Below are positions 13,322 through 24,862 of a stretch of 64,000 nucleotides of DNA, piece by piece. Every line of letters starts with the position of its first letter. Position 1 is the stretch's first letter. Origin of the DNA: Eledone cirrhosa (taxonomy: Eukaryota). The stretch lies in NCBI GenBank assembly GCA_964016885.1, contig OZ024742.1, positions 140,740,001-140,804,000 of the forward strand, read 5' to 3'. Below the pieces are notes generated by a model. The model was not told where the DNA came from, made no database searches, and worked only from the letters and a program-made list of their open reading frames with translations. The position numbers and the translations under genes are program-made.

Positions 13322-13977
13322 TTAACCCTTTGAATGCCAACATCATTTTTAGTATTTGTTTTAGTGCCTCAGGCTAGGATTACACATTAATTTTTGCATT
13401 TAAAAAACAATGTTAAAAATAAAAGATATACATCAATCAAATTTGCTTGATTTACTGTCTGGACATGTGCCTCCCCAAATTAACAAAAATGTACTAGTAC
13501 ATATTTGGCACACTAGGCGTGGGGCAGGGGTAAATGACATACCGATGTGACTTTGGTACACAGGGTAAAAGATATACCTGTAAGTCATTGGCCCACAAGG
13601 TTTAGGAGGTAAAATACATATCGATGTGTCCACAAGGAATGGGAGGTAAAAGACATAGCAGTACATCTCTGGTCCACAAGAGGTGGTAGGTAAAAGACAC
13701 ACTAGTACATTTTTGGCATACAAAGTAAGTGATATACCAGTGTGTCTTTGGCCCACAAGGAGTGGGAGGTAAATGACATACCATTACATCTTTGGTACAC
13801 AAGGGATGGAAAGTAAAAGATGTTCCACTAAGTTTCTGGTACACAAAGTATAGAAGGTAAAAAAATGTACCAGTACATTTTTGCCCTTTGAGTGATGGAA
13901 GGTAAAAGATATACTTGTAATTCTAGCCCACAAAGGATGGAAGGTAAAAGATGTACATTTTGGCACTCAATACTTAA
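13322..13977. mobile_element. piggyBac-like MITE containing a ~44-bp minisatellite (~11 diverged copies, 13490-13965)
   Basis: TTAA-ccctttgaatgccaa at the left; ttggcactcaa...TTAA at the right; internal units of the form ttggcccacaaggartgggaggtaaaagacataccagtacatct. Confidence 0.6.
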
Positions 13978-14485
13978 AGAGAATGCTGCAAATGACTAAG
14001 AATACTGAAAAGTCAAGGTTTTAACTTTTGCTATTAGCCTAATGGCTTACACTTAGCTACTTAGGTCTAGTATGTTTTCTTTTACTGTTTAGTAAGAGCA
14101 GGAAAGGTAATGCTCATGGCCCTTTTCAGGGCCTTTATGACAAGTGAGAAGGAGGAAGGTATCATTAAAGTGGAGAGCTTTGATAATGACGATGATATAC
14201 ACAAATAAATCTACTCAATAAATAAAGCAAGAGTTCAGTCTAGTTATGTTGATTAATATGAATATTTATTAGCAATGGCAAAATTCAATTTCAGTTATTG
14301 ATAGTCTAATCTATGAATATCACAGAAACATTTGGGCTTACTTTATCATAAAATCAATTAAAATCAAATTATTATTACACAGGTATAATGTGAAATTTTA
14401 CAGCAAAACAGAATTAAAAAACTTTTCAAAAAGAAATTGTAACATATTTTCATAGTTGTGCAGAACATTAGTTTTTGCTTCAATC

Positions 14486-14695
14486 TTAACCTTTTTGATA
14501 TAAAACAGCCTGAAACCAACCCTAGTTCTATGATACAAAACTGTTTATTTTAAAGTGTTTATATTTATCTAAAAACATTCCATCATAATTTTATGTAAGA
14601 ACATTTCTTAAGTTATGTTCCAGTAATTCGCTCAATAATGAAAAAGTTATTTATATTAGTGTCTTAAATTAAGAATACAGTAATGGAAGGGTTAA
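14486..14695. mobile_element. Abundant TTAA-flanked MITE family (other copies ~4600-4800, 10108-10353, 26310-26450, 31489-31731, 45630-45890, 48881-49450, 50093-50790, 52540-52815, 54302-55090, 56850-57050)
   Basis: Recurrent core ttctatgatacaaaactgtt...tttatatttatctaaaaaccttccatcataatttt...cattagaaatatggtaatgaaagggttaa with TTAAccct / agggTTAA ends. Confidence 0.75.
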
Positions 14696-15118
14696 CTATT
14701 AAAATTGAGTTCTATTTTAATGAGAAAAGATAATCGTTCTTCTATTCTTAATACTTAACACATTCTTCCAAATGAAATGGAAAGCATCCAAAAATGTCTA
14801 ATAATAGACACTTTTGATTTTAAATAAATCCTTCCTGAATGTATATTGATCTGCTATATTTGTTACATAATTCAATTTATGATAACAAACAAGCTTCCTT
14901 TTAAATCAATTATCATATTAAATATTAATCTTCAATGAAATTATGTTTTTATTAAAAATGGGGTCATCTGACTGCCAGTAGATCCAACTCCAAAATCTAT
15001 CAAAGAACTTATTATTTAGCAGATATATCAGTATTAGATTCCATATCTAAATCAGTGTTTCCCAAAGTAGGATACAATTAAATAAAAATAAAAACTGGTT
15101 GACTTATGAAATTTGATA

Positions 15119-15346
15119 TGTAGCTATCCCAATGCAAATGACCATAATAATAGTCAATCACTATAAATAATAGTTAAGAAAATGAAGTAAAATAACTTTG
15201 GAGATGGAAAAAAGTGGACAGAGGTGCCTTTCTTGTAGATGCCTCCCTCTAAATTATTCTGTTTCAGGGATATTTAATCAGATTTTCTCAACTGTTATTT
15301 ATAGTGATTGACTATCATTATGGCGACTTGCATTGGGACGACTACA
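15119..15346. mobile_element. Foldback MITE with ~65-70-bp imperfect TIRs, TGTAG...CTACA ends
   Basis: Left tgtagctatcccaatgcaaatgaccataataatagtcaatcactataaataatagttaagaaaat versus reverse complement of the right end tgtagtcgtcccaatgcaagtcgccataatgatagtcaatcactataaataacagttgagaaaat. Confidence 0.8.
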
Positions 15347-17144
15347 TTTAACATTTTTATATAAAATTGTTAGTCATCGTTCTTAAAATAACAAATTAGG
15401 TAATGTGAAGTGTTGTCTTTAATTGAAAGCATGTACATTCCTCCTGTTAATATGGATTTAAATTTTTTTTGTTTTTATATATGGTTAAGAAGCTTGCTTT
15501 GGAATCACATGGTTTTGGGTTCAGTCCCACTGTGAGAAAGTGTCATTAACTATAGTCCAAGGCTGACCAATTATTTGTGAGTGCATTTGACAGACATAAA
15601 TTGTAAGGAATTATAAACACATAGGTGTGTGTATACCAGTCACTGGAAATGTTATATTGACACCATTTATAGATGGTATCAGTAATATTGTTTATGTCCT
15701 TAATAGACAATATGTCATGTAGAATAGCAGTTCAGTGAATGTTTGGTGGTATAAAAAAAATAAGGTATGGATTGGCATCAGGAAGGGCATCCATCTGAAG
15801 AATAATTGCTACAAAAGTCGTGTTCTAACTCAAACCAGCATGGAAAAAGTGGATGTAAAATAGTGATGATGATGATGATGATGAAAAATTACAAATTTAA
15901 AGAGTTGTTTTTATTTTAATGTTTCATCTATTATATATTATTTTTTAATTTGCTATCTAAAATAATTTTTGTTTCATTTAAAATCGTATTAAAATTAGGG
16001 TGTTGGAGGTAACCTGTAAAATATAGTCATGAGTTCTGAGATATCATATAAAAGCAGTACAACAAAATAAGCTTGTGAATAACTGATTTAAATGATGTAA
16101 CTTTTACACACATGAGGAGGAGGGTGAGGAGGTTTTACACTCTTCTCAAACATATTCAAGTTAATGTTCGACAGATTTTCCCTTCAAAACAAAAACAGTC
16201 AATCTGTCACAAAAAAAATCATATACTTCTGTGAATATGATAATTTAATACATCAACATTAAATTAGGGTATGAATTTTAAAGAAAATATCATAAGACAT
16301 TCAAAATAAAAAAGAAGAAATCGGAGAGCAATTTTAAAAATAAAATAAGCTTGTAAAATTCATTTTAGTGATAACATATAAGAAATATAAATCATTAAAT
16401 TTTGATTTGCTTGAGTTAATATAGTTTATAGCATATATCTTCATTGTTAGATGAAATACAGGAATTATGAAACTGCCAACTATTAAATTTAAAAACAGCA
16501 GCAAAAGAATTAATTATAAGTCAGCATTATTAAAATGTTTAGATTATACACACTGCATAAAGAAGAATGTGATTGCTTAGAAACAAATAATGTTTCCCCA
16601 CCCCCCATATTTTGACATTTTGATTTGTGAATACAAGTTCACAACGAATCTATTTTTATTTTAAATTTCAAATATTGATTTTTAATCTTATTGATATTTA
16701 AAGCAATATTTTGATGATATAATAGGTGTTTTACACAGAAATGTCAGAATAGCCTACAAGAAAATACAAAACAGTGATGAGTGGTCAAATTAAAATGGAA
16801 AAAAAAATAAATAACACTTCAGTAATATTGAATATCATTCCAGTGAATGATTCAGTTAAAATTACAGACCAATAATAATTATCATCATTAACATTTTTAC
16901 ATTCATTTTTCAATGCTTGTATGGGTTGGACGAACATTTTATGAGGCAAGAGGCCCTACCTGATGCAAACCCTTACTTGTTTTCTAAGTAGAGCAGATAT
17001 TCCATTGTTGTGCAATACTTAGATCAAAGACACTAAGAATTTGGGGGCTAGTACTAACAGAATTGATGGCTTAAATGTCTCACCATTTGCTGTACTTATT
17101 TAGCCTACTGTTAACAGATAATTTTCAGTAAAAAATCTACTGAC

Positions 17145-17229
17145 CTTTACTGCTATGTCTCGACAAAGCTGTGTGCTATCATTGTGGACACTGATATAGC
17201 TGGAGAAAGTTTCACCAAGGAAGATGTTA
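17145..17229 (-). CDS. TRAPPC13: TRAPPC13 internal coding exon, putative exon 3, 85 nt
   Basis: Acceptor tttatttctgtattctctctacttgcag, then T AAC ATC TTC... = (G)[28 protein letters not shown], then donor gtcagt. The phase matches the previous exon (GG|T = Gly) and continues the conserved [23 protein letters not shown] motif. Confidence 0.95.
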
Positions 17230-17512
17230 CTGCAAGTAGAGAGAATACAGAAATAAAGGATTTAAATCAAAATATTTTAACATTAACATTGTAGAAATAG
17301 TACAAACTGAATTAAAATACCATGAATTTTGTAAAGAAGATTTGAATAAGTAAGTTCAATAAAGACTTGATTATTTTGAGTATAGGGATGCTATTGGGGT
17401 ATTATTAATTTAGCATCATGAACTCGCTTTCTTTATGCATTTTTTTCATATTTTCTAGGTCTAGAGGAAGGGTAGTGCCTGTAGCTTTCACAAGCCCTCC
17501 ATGACTGTAGAG

Positions 17513-20500
17513 CAGGGGTTCTCAAACTTTTTTCGCTGTGGACCACCAAAATAATTAATTTTTTCCTGTGGACCACCTAAACTTTTAAATCTTTTGTAAT
17601 AGAACTGCTACTTATAAGCATCAGTAGATGTTTTTTTTCAATGAATTAGAAAATGCTATTATCATGTCGCAGTAACTAAAAATCTACGCAAATAAACAGC
17701 TGAAGTCGTACTTATGCGAAGAATAAGAACAGCGCTTTAAGTCAAATGCATGGATCAAAAAAGAATTTGCTATTGCGCCAAGCAACGCATAACTTATTCG
17801 TTATTAATTTGAATTTTTTCGATTTCATATCTCAGCGACAAATATGAAGCATTGATGTTGAGAATAAGTTTCTACTTCTAATTGGTAAGATCGATTTGAT
17901 TGGTCAATACCATTTTCACTTTGCAATGAAAGTTCCTTTTTTGTTCCCCTAAGGGACATGTTTTAAGCACCAAGACGACAGAGAACAAACAAATGAGAAC
18001 ACCAATAAGAAAACCAATTTGAAAATGTCTATTTTTTCAATAAAGCTTTATTTGATAGAATCGAATAGAAAAAGGTTATTGAGTCCTGGAAAACACTCCC
18101 TATCATTCAGATGAAATGGAAAGCTGTACAGTTTAAATATGATAATATGTAGGGTAAGTTAAAAAAACTTGAAGGTTTAAGTTGGGATCAGTACAAAAGG
18201 TCGTGTAAACGTTTGAGGGAATACAACAAATTGAATTGAATTAAAAATGTCAACGACACAATTACGTAAAAAATCTGTCAATGAGACCCTTGTGCTTGTT
18301 TTTGATCCACAAGTTTAGAAATCCTCGGCTCTATGTGGCTCAAGCGAAGTCTCAAATCGGCATTGTTGTCGAGGATCAAACACTGCTGCTTTGTGTATGT
18401 ATGGAGGACAATGGAAAATCCCTTTTCAGTCAAGTAAGATGTAGGGAGATTTATTATGAAAGGTTTGACTTGTTCAAACAGCTTTGGATATTCTTGACAA
18501 TGATTCAACCAAGCCTCGACCCAATTAGTTTCAAAAAATTTACGCAGATTATCATCTACCGTCGCCTCACAGAGCTCCATCTGAAGACATTCTAGTTGAA
18601 CAAGTATGTCGTTCATAGACATTGTGTGAAGAGAATCCACAAAAATTGGGATATTTAAAGCCAAAAGATCTTCAAAACGATTATTGAAGTTTTCGTGAAG
18701 GAAAGATAGATGCTCGATTATAGATTTGTGCAAGTCATTATCTACCACAACAGTTTTTAAGCTCTCGAACTGCGAAAAGTTATGATCTTCAATTTGAATT
18801 TTCCATAGAACGAGCTTATTCATGAAAGCCCTTATCAAGTGTTTGGCACGTACAACGTTGATGTTCTGCTTTTGCAAAGAAAGGTTGAGATCATTTAGTT
18901 TTTGAAAGATCTCATGTAAGTACAAAATTGCGGGTTTTTTCTCAGAAAGTAATGCTGTCATAATTGGATCAGTCTGTTGAAGAAATTCTATGACTTTATC
19001 AAAGAGTGCAACAAAACGTCCAAGGCAGCTTCCCATTGATAGCCAGCGTATATCTGTTGAATACAACAGATGGTTGAACGTTTCATCTTTACAAGCTTCT
19101 TGGAAAAGACTGTCCCGAAGACCAGATCTTTTGATCTTGTTGACTGCGGAAACAATTGTGTTAAGGATTTCAGAAAAGGTATAACTTTCGATTTTTTTTG
19201 TTATTAAATTTTCTCGATGGAGTACGCAATGAGTTGTGAAGATGTGATTAAATTCTCTCCATCTTGCAACAAAACCCTGGGATTTTCCAACCATAGAGAC
19301 TGCTCCATCAGTGCATATTGATATGATGTGGGGATCAATGTCATTTTTAGTGAGAAAATCCATGACTGCATTGTAGATCATCTCACCAGTGTTTTTCAGT
19401 ACAGTTGCCATAAAAAGTAGGTTTTCACAAACCGTGGTCCCTTTTACATAGCGAACAAAAGCAAGCACAACATATTGGTTGTCAAAAGTGCTGTCATCCA
19501 CCGTCAACGAAAATCTGCAGTGTTGCAATTCTTCTACAACTGTAGATTTGACATCTTCAGCCATTTCAGAAATGCAGGAAGATACCGTGCTGTTGGAAAG
19601 TGGAATAGTTGCTAAAACTAAGGCAGCGTTCGACACATTAGCAACTTTATATCCTTTAAGTATTGAGGGCCTAATCAGATCTTCGCCAATGGTATGTGGG
19701 CGACCCTGTTTTGCTATCATGAGCGAAATGTTGTAGGACGCTTGCAGACCAGAACTGTTGTTAGCATGGGATAGGAAAATTTTCAGTGATGCAGATGACG
19801 CTTTTTTTTTGCAAAGATATTCTTCAAAGTACTTCTTATAAATCGGGATGGACTAGTTTTTGATGATACAATAATTTCGAAGGTTTCATTGAGTCGTTAG
19901 TTAATATTTTTGAGCAGATGATACACTGTGGTAATGAAGGATCTACTGCGCTGGATAAAAAACCATATTTGATATAATCTGAGTTATATCGTCTACAAAA
20001 TCGTTTTTCCGATTCGGTGAACAAAGAATTTAGAGAACGTTTTTCCATATCACTGACAACAAAATTTCTACAGACTACAATTTGACTAACACTTGTGTAA
20101 AAATGTACGTACCTGGAGAGATAATATGTTATGTTGGGTAAGCCGTAAGAACTTCTGTTTCGCTAGTAATCCTCAATTCAAAAGTCAGGTAGAAAACATG
20201 ATCGTGTCAACCGGCCGAGAACACGCGATTTGTTGTGTGTTTTTATGTGCGCTAACGTCTGTACGCATCTGTACTTGTCTGGTACGTGTCTGATTGGATA
20301 GCTAATCGTCCAATAGGAAAGGCATGTTCTCAAGTGCACTCACAGGTGCGAGTTGTGATGAGGCATGTTTCGTTTGTGTGACGTGTGCGTGTACGGAAGA
20401 ATTAAAATTTTTCAGGTGGTCCACAGAAAATTTTCTGTGGACCACCTGAATTTTCCTGTGGACCACTAGTGGTCAACATGGACCAGGTTCAGAACCCCTG
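17513..20500 (-). mobile_element. Full-length hAT DNA transposon, Buster/Charlie subgroup (~2.99 kb)
   Basis: TIRs caggggttctcaaac (17513) and ggttcagaacccctg (ends 20500), 13/15 match. 8-bp TSD ctgtagag (17505-17512) / ctgtcgag (20501-20508), with the central TA typical of Buster in the left copy. Subterminal tgtggaccac repeats at both ends. Internal transposase. Confidence 0.95.
18278..20048 (-). pseudogene. Buster-type hAT transposase (~590 codons) with one frameshift near 19836-19840
   Basis: ORF 20048-19836 encodes a BED-like Zn finger (RRYNSDYIKYGF...PQCIICSKILTNDSMKPSKLLYHQKLVH). The shifted frame continues KYFEE...LQASYNISL into ORF 19720-18278, which has FSLTVDDST (D), CTDGA (D), HCVLH (CxxH), RW, TSYLTEKGFS (E) and the C-terminal QAQGSH typical of Buster/ZBED5-like proteins. 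Confidence 0.93.
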
Positions 20501-22594
20501 CTGTCGAGATTGATCTGTAGATATTTTACTTAAACTGTTACAAGTCAGCTTCTATAGAAAAGACATGAGCAGGGAAGAAATTCTAGAAGACTGGCATTCT
20601 GGAGAGGAAGGAAAGGGATTAGTCTAGAGTATTGGTGGAGGAGAGACAGTAAGTCTGAAGAGCCACAGTGGAGGTGGCATGAGAGAACAATCTGACAGTC
20701 TTAAAATTAAAGGCTCAAATAATCTTTATGGAGAAAATTTTACATCTGAATAATAAGAAAAAGAAGCTTCATTAAAAAAATATAGTATAACTAGAATTAT
20801 ACTTATATATAGTTTAGTGTGAATGCAAAAGTAAAGAATAATGTAAATAACATTCAAAACTTATTAATTAAAATGTGGGATACTTTTTGCTGGTTAAGTA
20901 ATTAGTTAAATTGATGAATGTATATAGGATTCTTGCATACAATTATGGACCAGAATAAGTATTGCTAGATAAAAGTTAAATGGTGTTTTGTGACACCTCC
21001 ACAAACAGTAAGAATTTTTTTAAATTCTCATAAGAAATCTCAGAAAATAATGGAATCAACCAGTTGGAAAGTTTAAGACGGATATAATATGATGGACCTT
21101 GTCAAAATTTTCTTCTGACACTAAATGTAGTTATATTGTCTTTTTTGGAGTACTCCATGAAATAGAGCACAAAGAAAATGAGTGTTAAATGATGATGATA
21201 TACATACACACATACAGTGTGTTTTTGTACAGCCATTGTCTACTTAATTCATTCACAGGGTATTGGTCAGCTTACTGAGAAAAATTTATCAAAGTTGCCA
21301 TGCAATGGGATTGAATCCAAAACTATAGGATTGCAAAGCAAACTTTTTAAGCACCCAACCATATTTGCACCTGGTGTTGAGTGTTAAGTTTATTTTTTAT
21401 AATTTACTTTGAAAAGCTGATATTCATTTTGCAGAAAAAAAATTTAGCACTGAGTATGTGTCAAACAATTCTAATGACACACACACACACAGAGCATGTG
21501 CACAAACATACATACAGAAGTGTGTGTGCATGCGTGTTGTTAGGATTAAGGCAATGTATTGTTATTCCAGTATGTAATCTAATCAGTGTTGAAGAGGATA
21601 CCTTTTAATTGATGTCATAATGTGTAGTAGAAGAAAAGAGAATGCATATTTTATTAAACACAACAGAAAAAAAACTTCTCTGTTATGTAGAGAAGAACAG
21701 TTGCATGAGACCAAGTATCAAGTATCTGATGCTATAATATACTATATTTATCGTAGCGTTGTGAAATTATATAGACAAACAAAAGACTTGTTAAGGCTGA
21801 AGTAGAATCAGATTACTATAATCTGCTGGATGTGTAATGTAAATCTGAAGGATTGACTGAGTTTAAGCAAGCTTAAAAAGCAGCTAAAAACCAGAGAGGC
21901 ATCAGATGTTGCTTGCAAGAGGCAGATAAGAAAGTTAAAGCTAACAAAAGAAGAAGCTATCAAATAGATACATTTAGTTAAGATTTCATGTCCAGTTTTT
22001 AAACTTAGTTGATCCAAAGTAACATGAAAGAGAGAAGATTAAAAATCTTGATATGATATGATACAAGAACAACAAACAAGTGTTTTAAGGCAATTTGCTC
22101 TGTCAAAGCAGGGGTTAGCCTCACTGGCTCCATGACAAGCTTCTCCATTTTGCCCTATTAAGCCTGTCTTTTTCAGGCTTCCTCTTTCTCTACTTCCTTC
22201 TGAATTCTTTCCCATGATTTTTCTCACCCAGTCACTTTCATCCTTCCTCAACACATAACCTAGTCATCTCATTCTATTTTTTCCACAACATTCATCACTG
22301 GCTCTATTTGGATGATGAGGATATTTAAAATAAAATGGCAAAATATAATTCTAGTAAAGAAGATTAGGGCAGAGTTTGTTCTCCATATCTTAACTTATGA
22401 CACACTGGCAAGAAGTTAAATGAACAGTTAAGCCTAACTTCTATGCTGCATAGCAACAGAATTGGTTAATAGTCAACATTTTGTAGACATTTGGTTGAAA
22501 AGTTGAAGTTATGGGTAATAAAAATGTTCCACAAATTATGTAGCAAAAGTTATGATATACATAATTACGATATATAGCATGATGAGTATTCATT

Positions 22595-23870
22595 ATCATC
22601 ATCATCATCGTTTAACGTCCCTGTTCCACGCTTGCATGGGTTTGGACGGGGGTTTTCCCACTTGAGGCAAGAGTGGTTGTCTTGCTCGTATAGGACTGTC
22701 TGGCGGGTTTTCTACAGCTGGATGCCCTTCCTAACACCAACCACATTTACAGTGTGGGACTGGGAGGTTTTTACCGTGTTGCCTACACGGTCACATTACA
22801 GCGTGGACTGTGTGTTTTTTTTGTCGTGACACCTACACGATCTCGTTTGTTTCGGCCTGGATGTTGTGGCACCAACATAACTTTGCATTGAAGGGGGCGG
22901 TGTGGATGGGGTGGGACGGGGGTGAATTTTGTTTGAGATGCCTACTGACTAGTAGGTTTTACTTTGTATTTAGGTAAGGCGGGTCTTCTCTGTTACTGAG
23001 TACCGCCAAAGGTCTCAGTCCAGTGACATTGTCTTGGAGAGGTGTGTGTGAGGTCGGAATTTATCAGCTCGTCCCAGGTTTTCCTGGGTCTGCCTACTCC
23101 GTGGCTACCATCTATCTTTATTGCCCTGCACTTTGTTATACAGCTGTCGTCTTTCATGCGCATCACGTGACCATACCAACGTAGCCTTCTCTCGAGTAAA
23201 CAACATCTGATCCCTCTTATTTCTAATTTTTTCCTTAGTTCGTTTATGCTTTGCCGTTCACGTATATTACTATTACACATCCAGCGGAGCATGCAAGCTT
23301 CGTTCCTCTCTAATCTGCGTATATCCTCTGCACACAATGCCCAGGTCTCACTGCCATGCAACATTGCTATTCGTATGCAGGCATCATACAACCTGCCTTT
23401 CATTTTTAGGGAGAACCCTTTAGCGGCTAATAGTGGTATAAGCTCTCTGAACTTTTTCCATCCAGTTCTGACTCTAGCTACTGTACTTTCAGAGCACCCT
23501 CCCCCACTGCTGATTTTGTCACCCAGGTAACGGAAGCTGTCCACTATTTCTATAGAGCCCTCTGCGCAGTTGAATGAGCTAGTATTTTGTGGGCACTTGC
23601 TGCTACTTATTGCACCAGAACACCGGCCACATGTAAAATCTGTGTTCTTAGTTAGCTTACCTGTGATCCCACTACATCTTTTATGCACCCATACTTTGCA
23701 TTTGGGACATAAAATGGAGTTTCTACCTATGCCTTTCCTACACACTGAGCATGGCCATTTCCCGGAGGGGACCGGCGCCTTATTTTCTTTCCTACAAACT
23801 AGAACTTTAGTCTTAGCCAGGTTAATTTTAAGACCTTTTGATTCTAGGCCGTGCTTCCATGTTTGGAAAA
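22595..23870 (-). mobile_element. 5'-truncated RTE-clade LINE with RT C-terminus, 3' UTR and (GAT)n tail
   Basis: ORF 22993-23745 (Cys cluster, FRYLG, LHGSETW, RLRWYGHVMRM, GRPRKTW) is contiguous with a 3' UTR ending in catcatcatc on the plus strand at ~22595-22610. Confidence 0.92.
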
Positions 23871-24685
23871 AGATTTATTTTGGCTAGCATAATGTGGGGC
23901 TAATATAATATATAGCCGTGATGTTGTTGAACTCTAGCCATTCAACAGACACCAGTGATCTTAGACTATTCCTCTGGGATATTTTATGCAAATATTACAT
24001 ATACTACTTTGTTTCAAAAGAAGAAAAAAATATTTTTCAATTTTATAATTTCTAATCCAATTTTTGATAACAGATAAGAGAACTTTGGAATTTCATACTG
24101 AATGAGCTGTTGCAAAAATAGGAGAATTAGTAGCAAAGCTACTGAATAAAATCAATCATAGGAAAAAATTAACATTGCAAAGCTTTTATGATAGAATTTA
24201 TTGAGGATCAAACCTGAATGGATTAAAGTTCAAAGTTGTGTCAAAAGCTTACTAGCTGCAGTAACTATTTAGTAGCTTAGAAAATAAGGAATGCCAATTG
24301 ATTTCTAACAATGGTCTTAGAATCAATCAAACAGAAATGTTAACTTTATTCCAGAGAATGATACAATAAAGAAATTTAGAAAATTTAAAACAGATATCTT
24401 TGTAGTAACAATGGTATTTTTAGATACATAGAAACCAGAGGATGTTGGCAGACTACCAATAAAAGTACAACAGAAGTTTGATACTCTTTAAGAAAAAAAA
24501 AAATGCAGAAAGATGATAAAAAAATACACTCATAGTAATTAAAAAGAAAATAAAGAATATGGAAAAGTATTAAAGCTGAAGGAAATATTGTCCATAATAA
24601 TAGTGAAGATTAGAAGTAGCCAAAATTAAAGATACCTTTCAAAATTTACTTTTTTTTGTATGTGAATCTAAATGTTATATAAATA

Positions 24686-24862
<177 letters not shown>

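Noticed and set aside
13490-13965. CRISPR-like periodic repeats
   Set aside because: Whole units are diverged tandem copies without unique spacers; eukaryotic context with no cas genes.
18278-19720. Domesticated ZBED5/SCAND3-like host gene
   Set aside because: TIRs, TSD and a frameshift cutting off the N-terminal finger indicate a transposon copy, not a conserved gene.
20655-20690. CTGAAGA followed by a gccac/gtggc stem
   Set aside because: No GAAA box or stem III/cleavage triplet follows.
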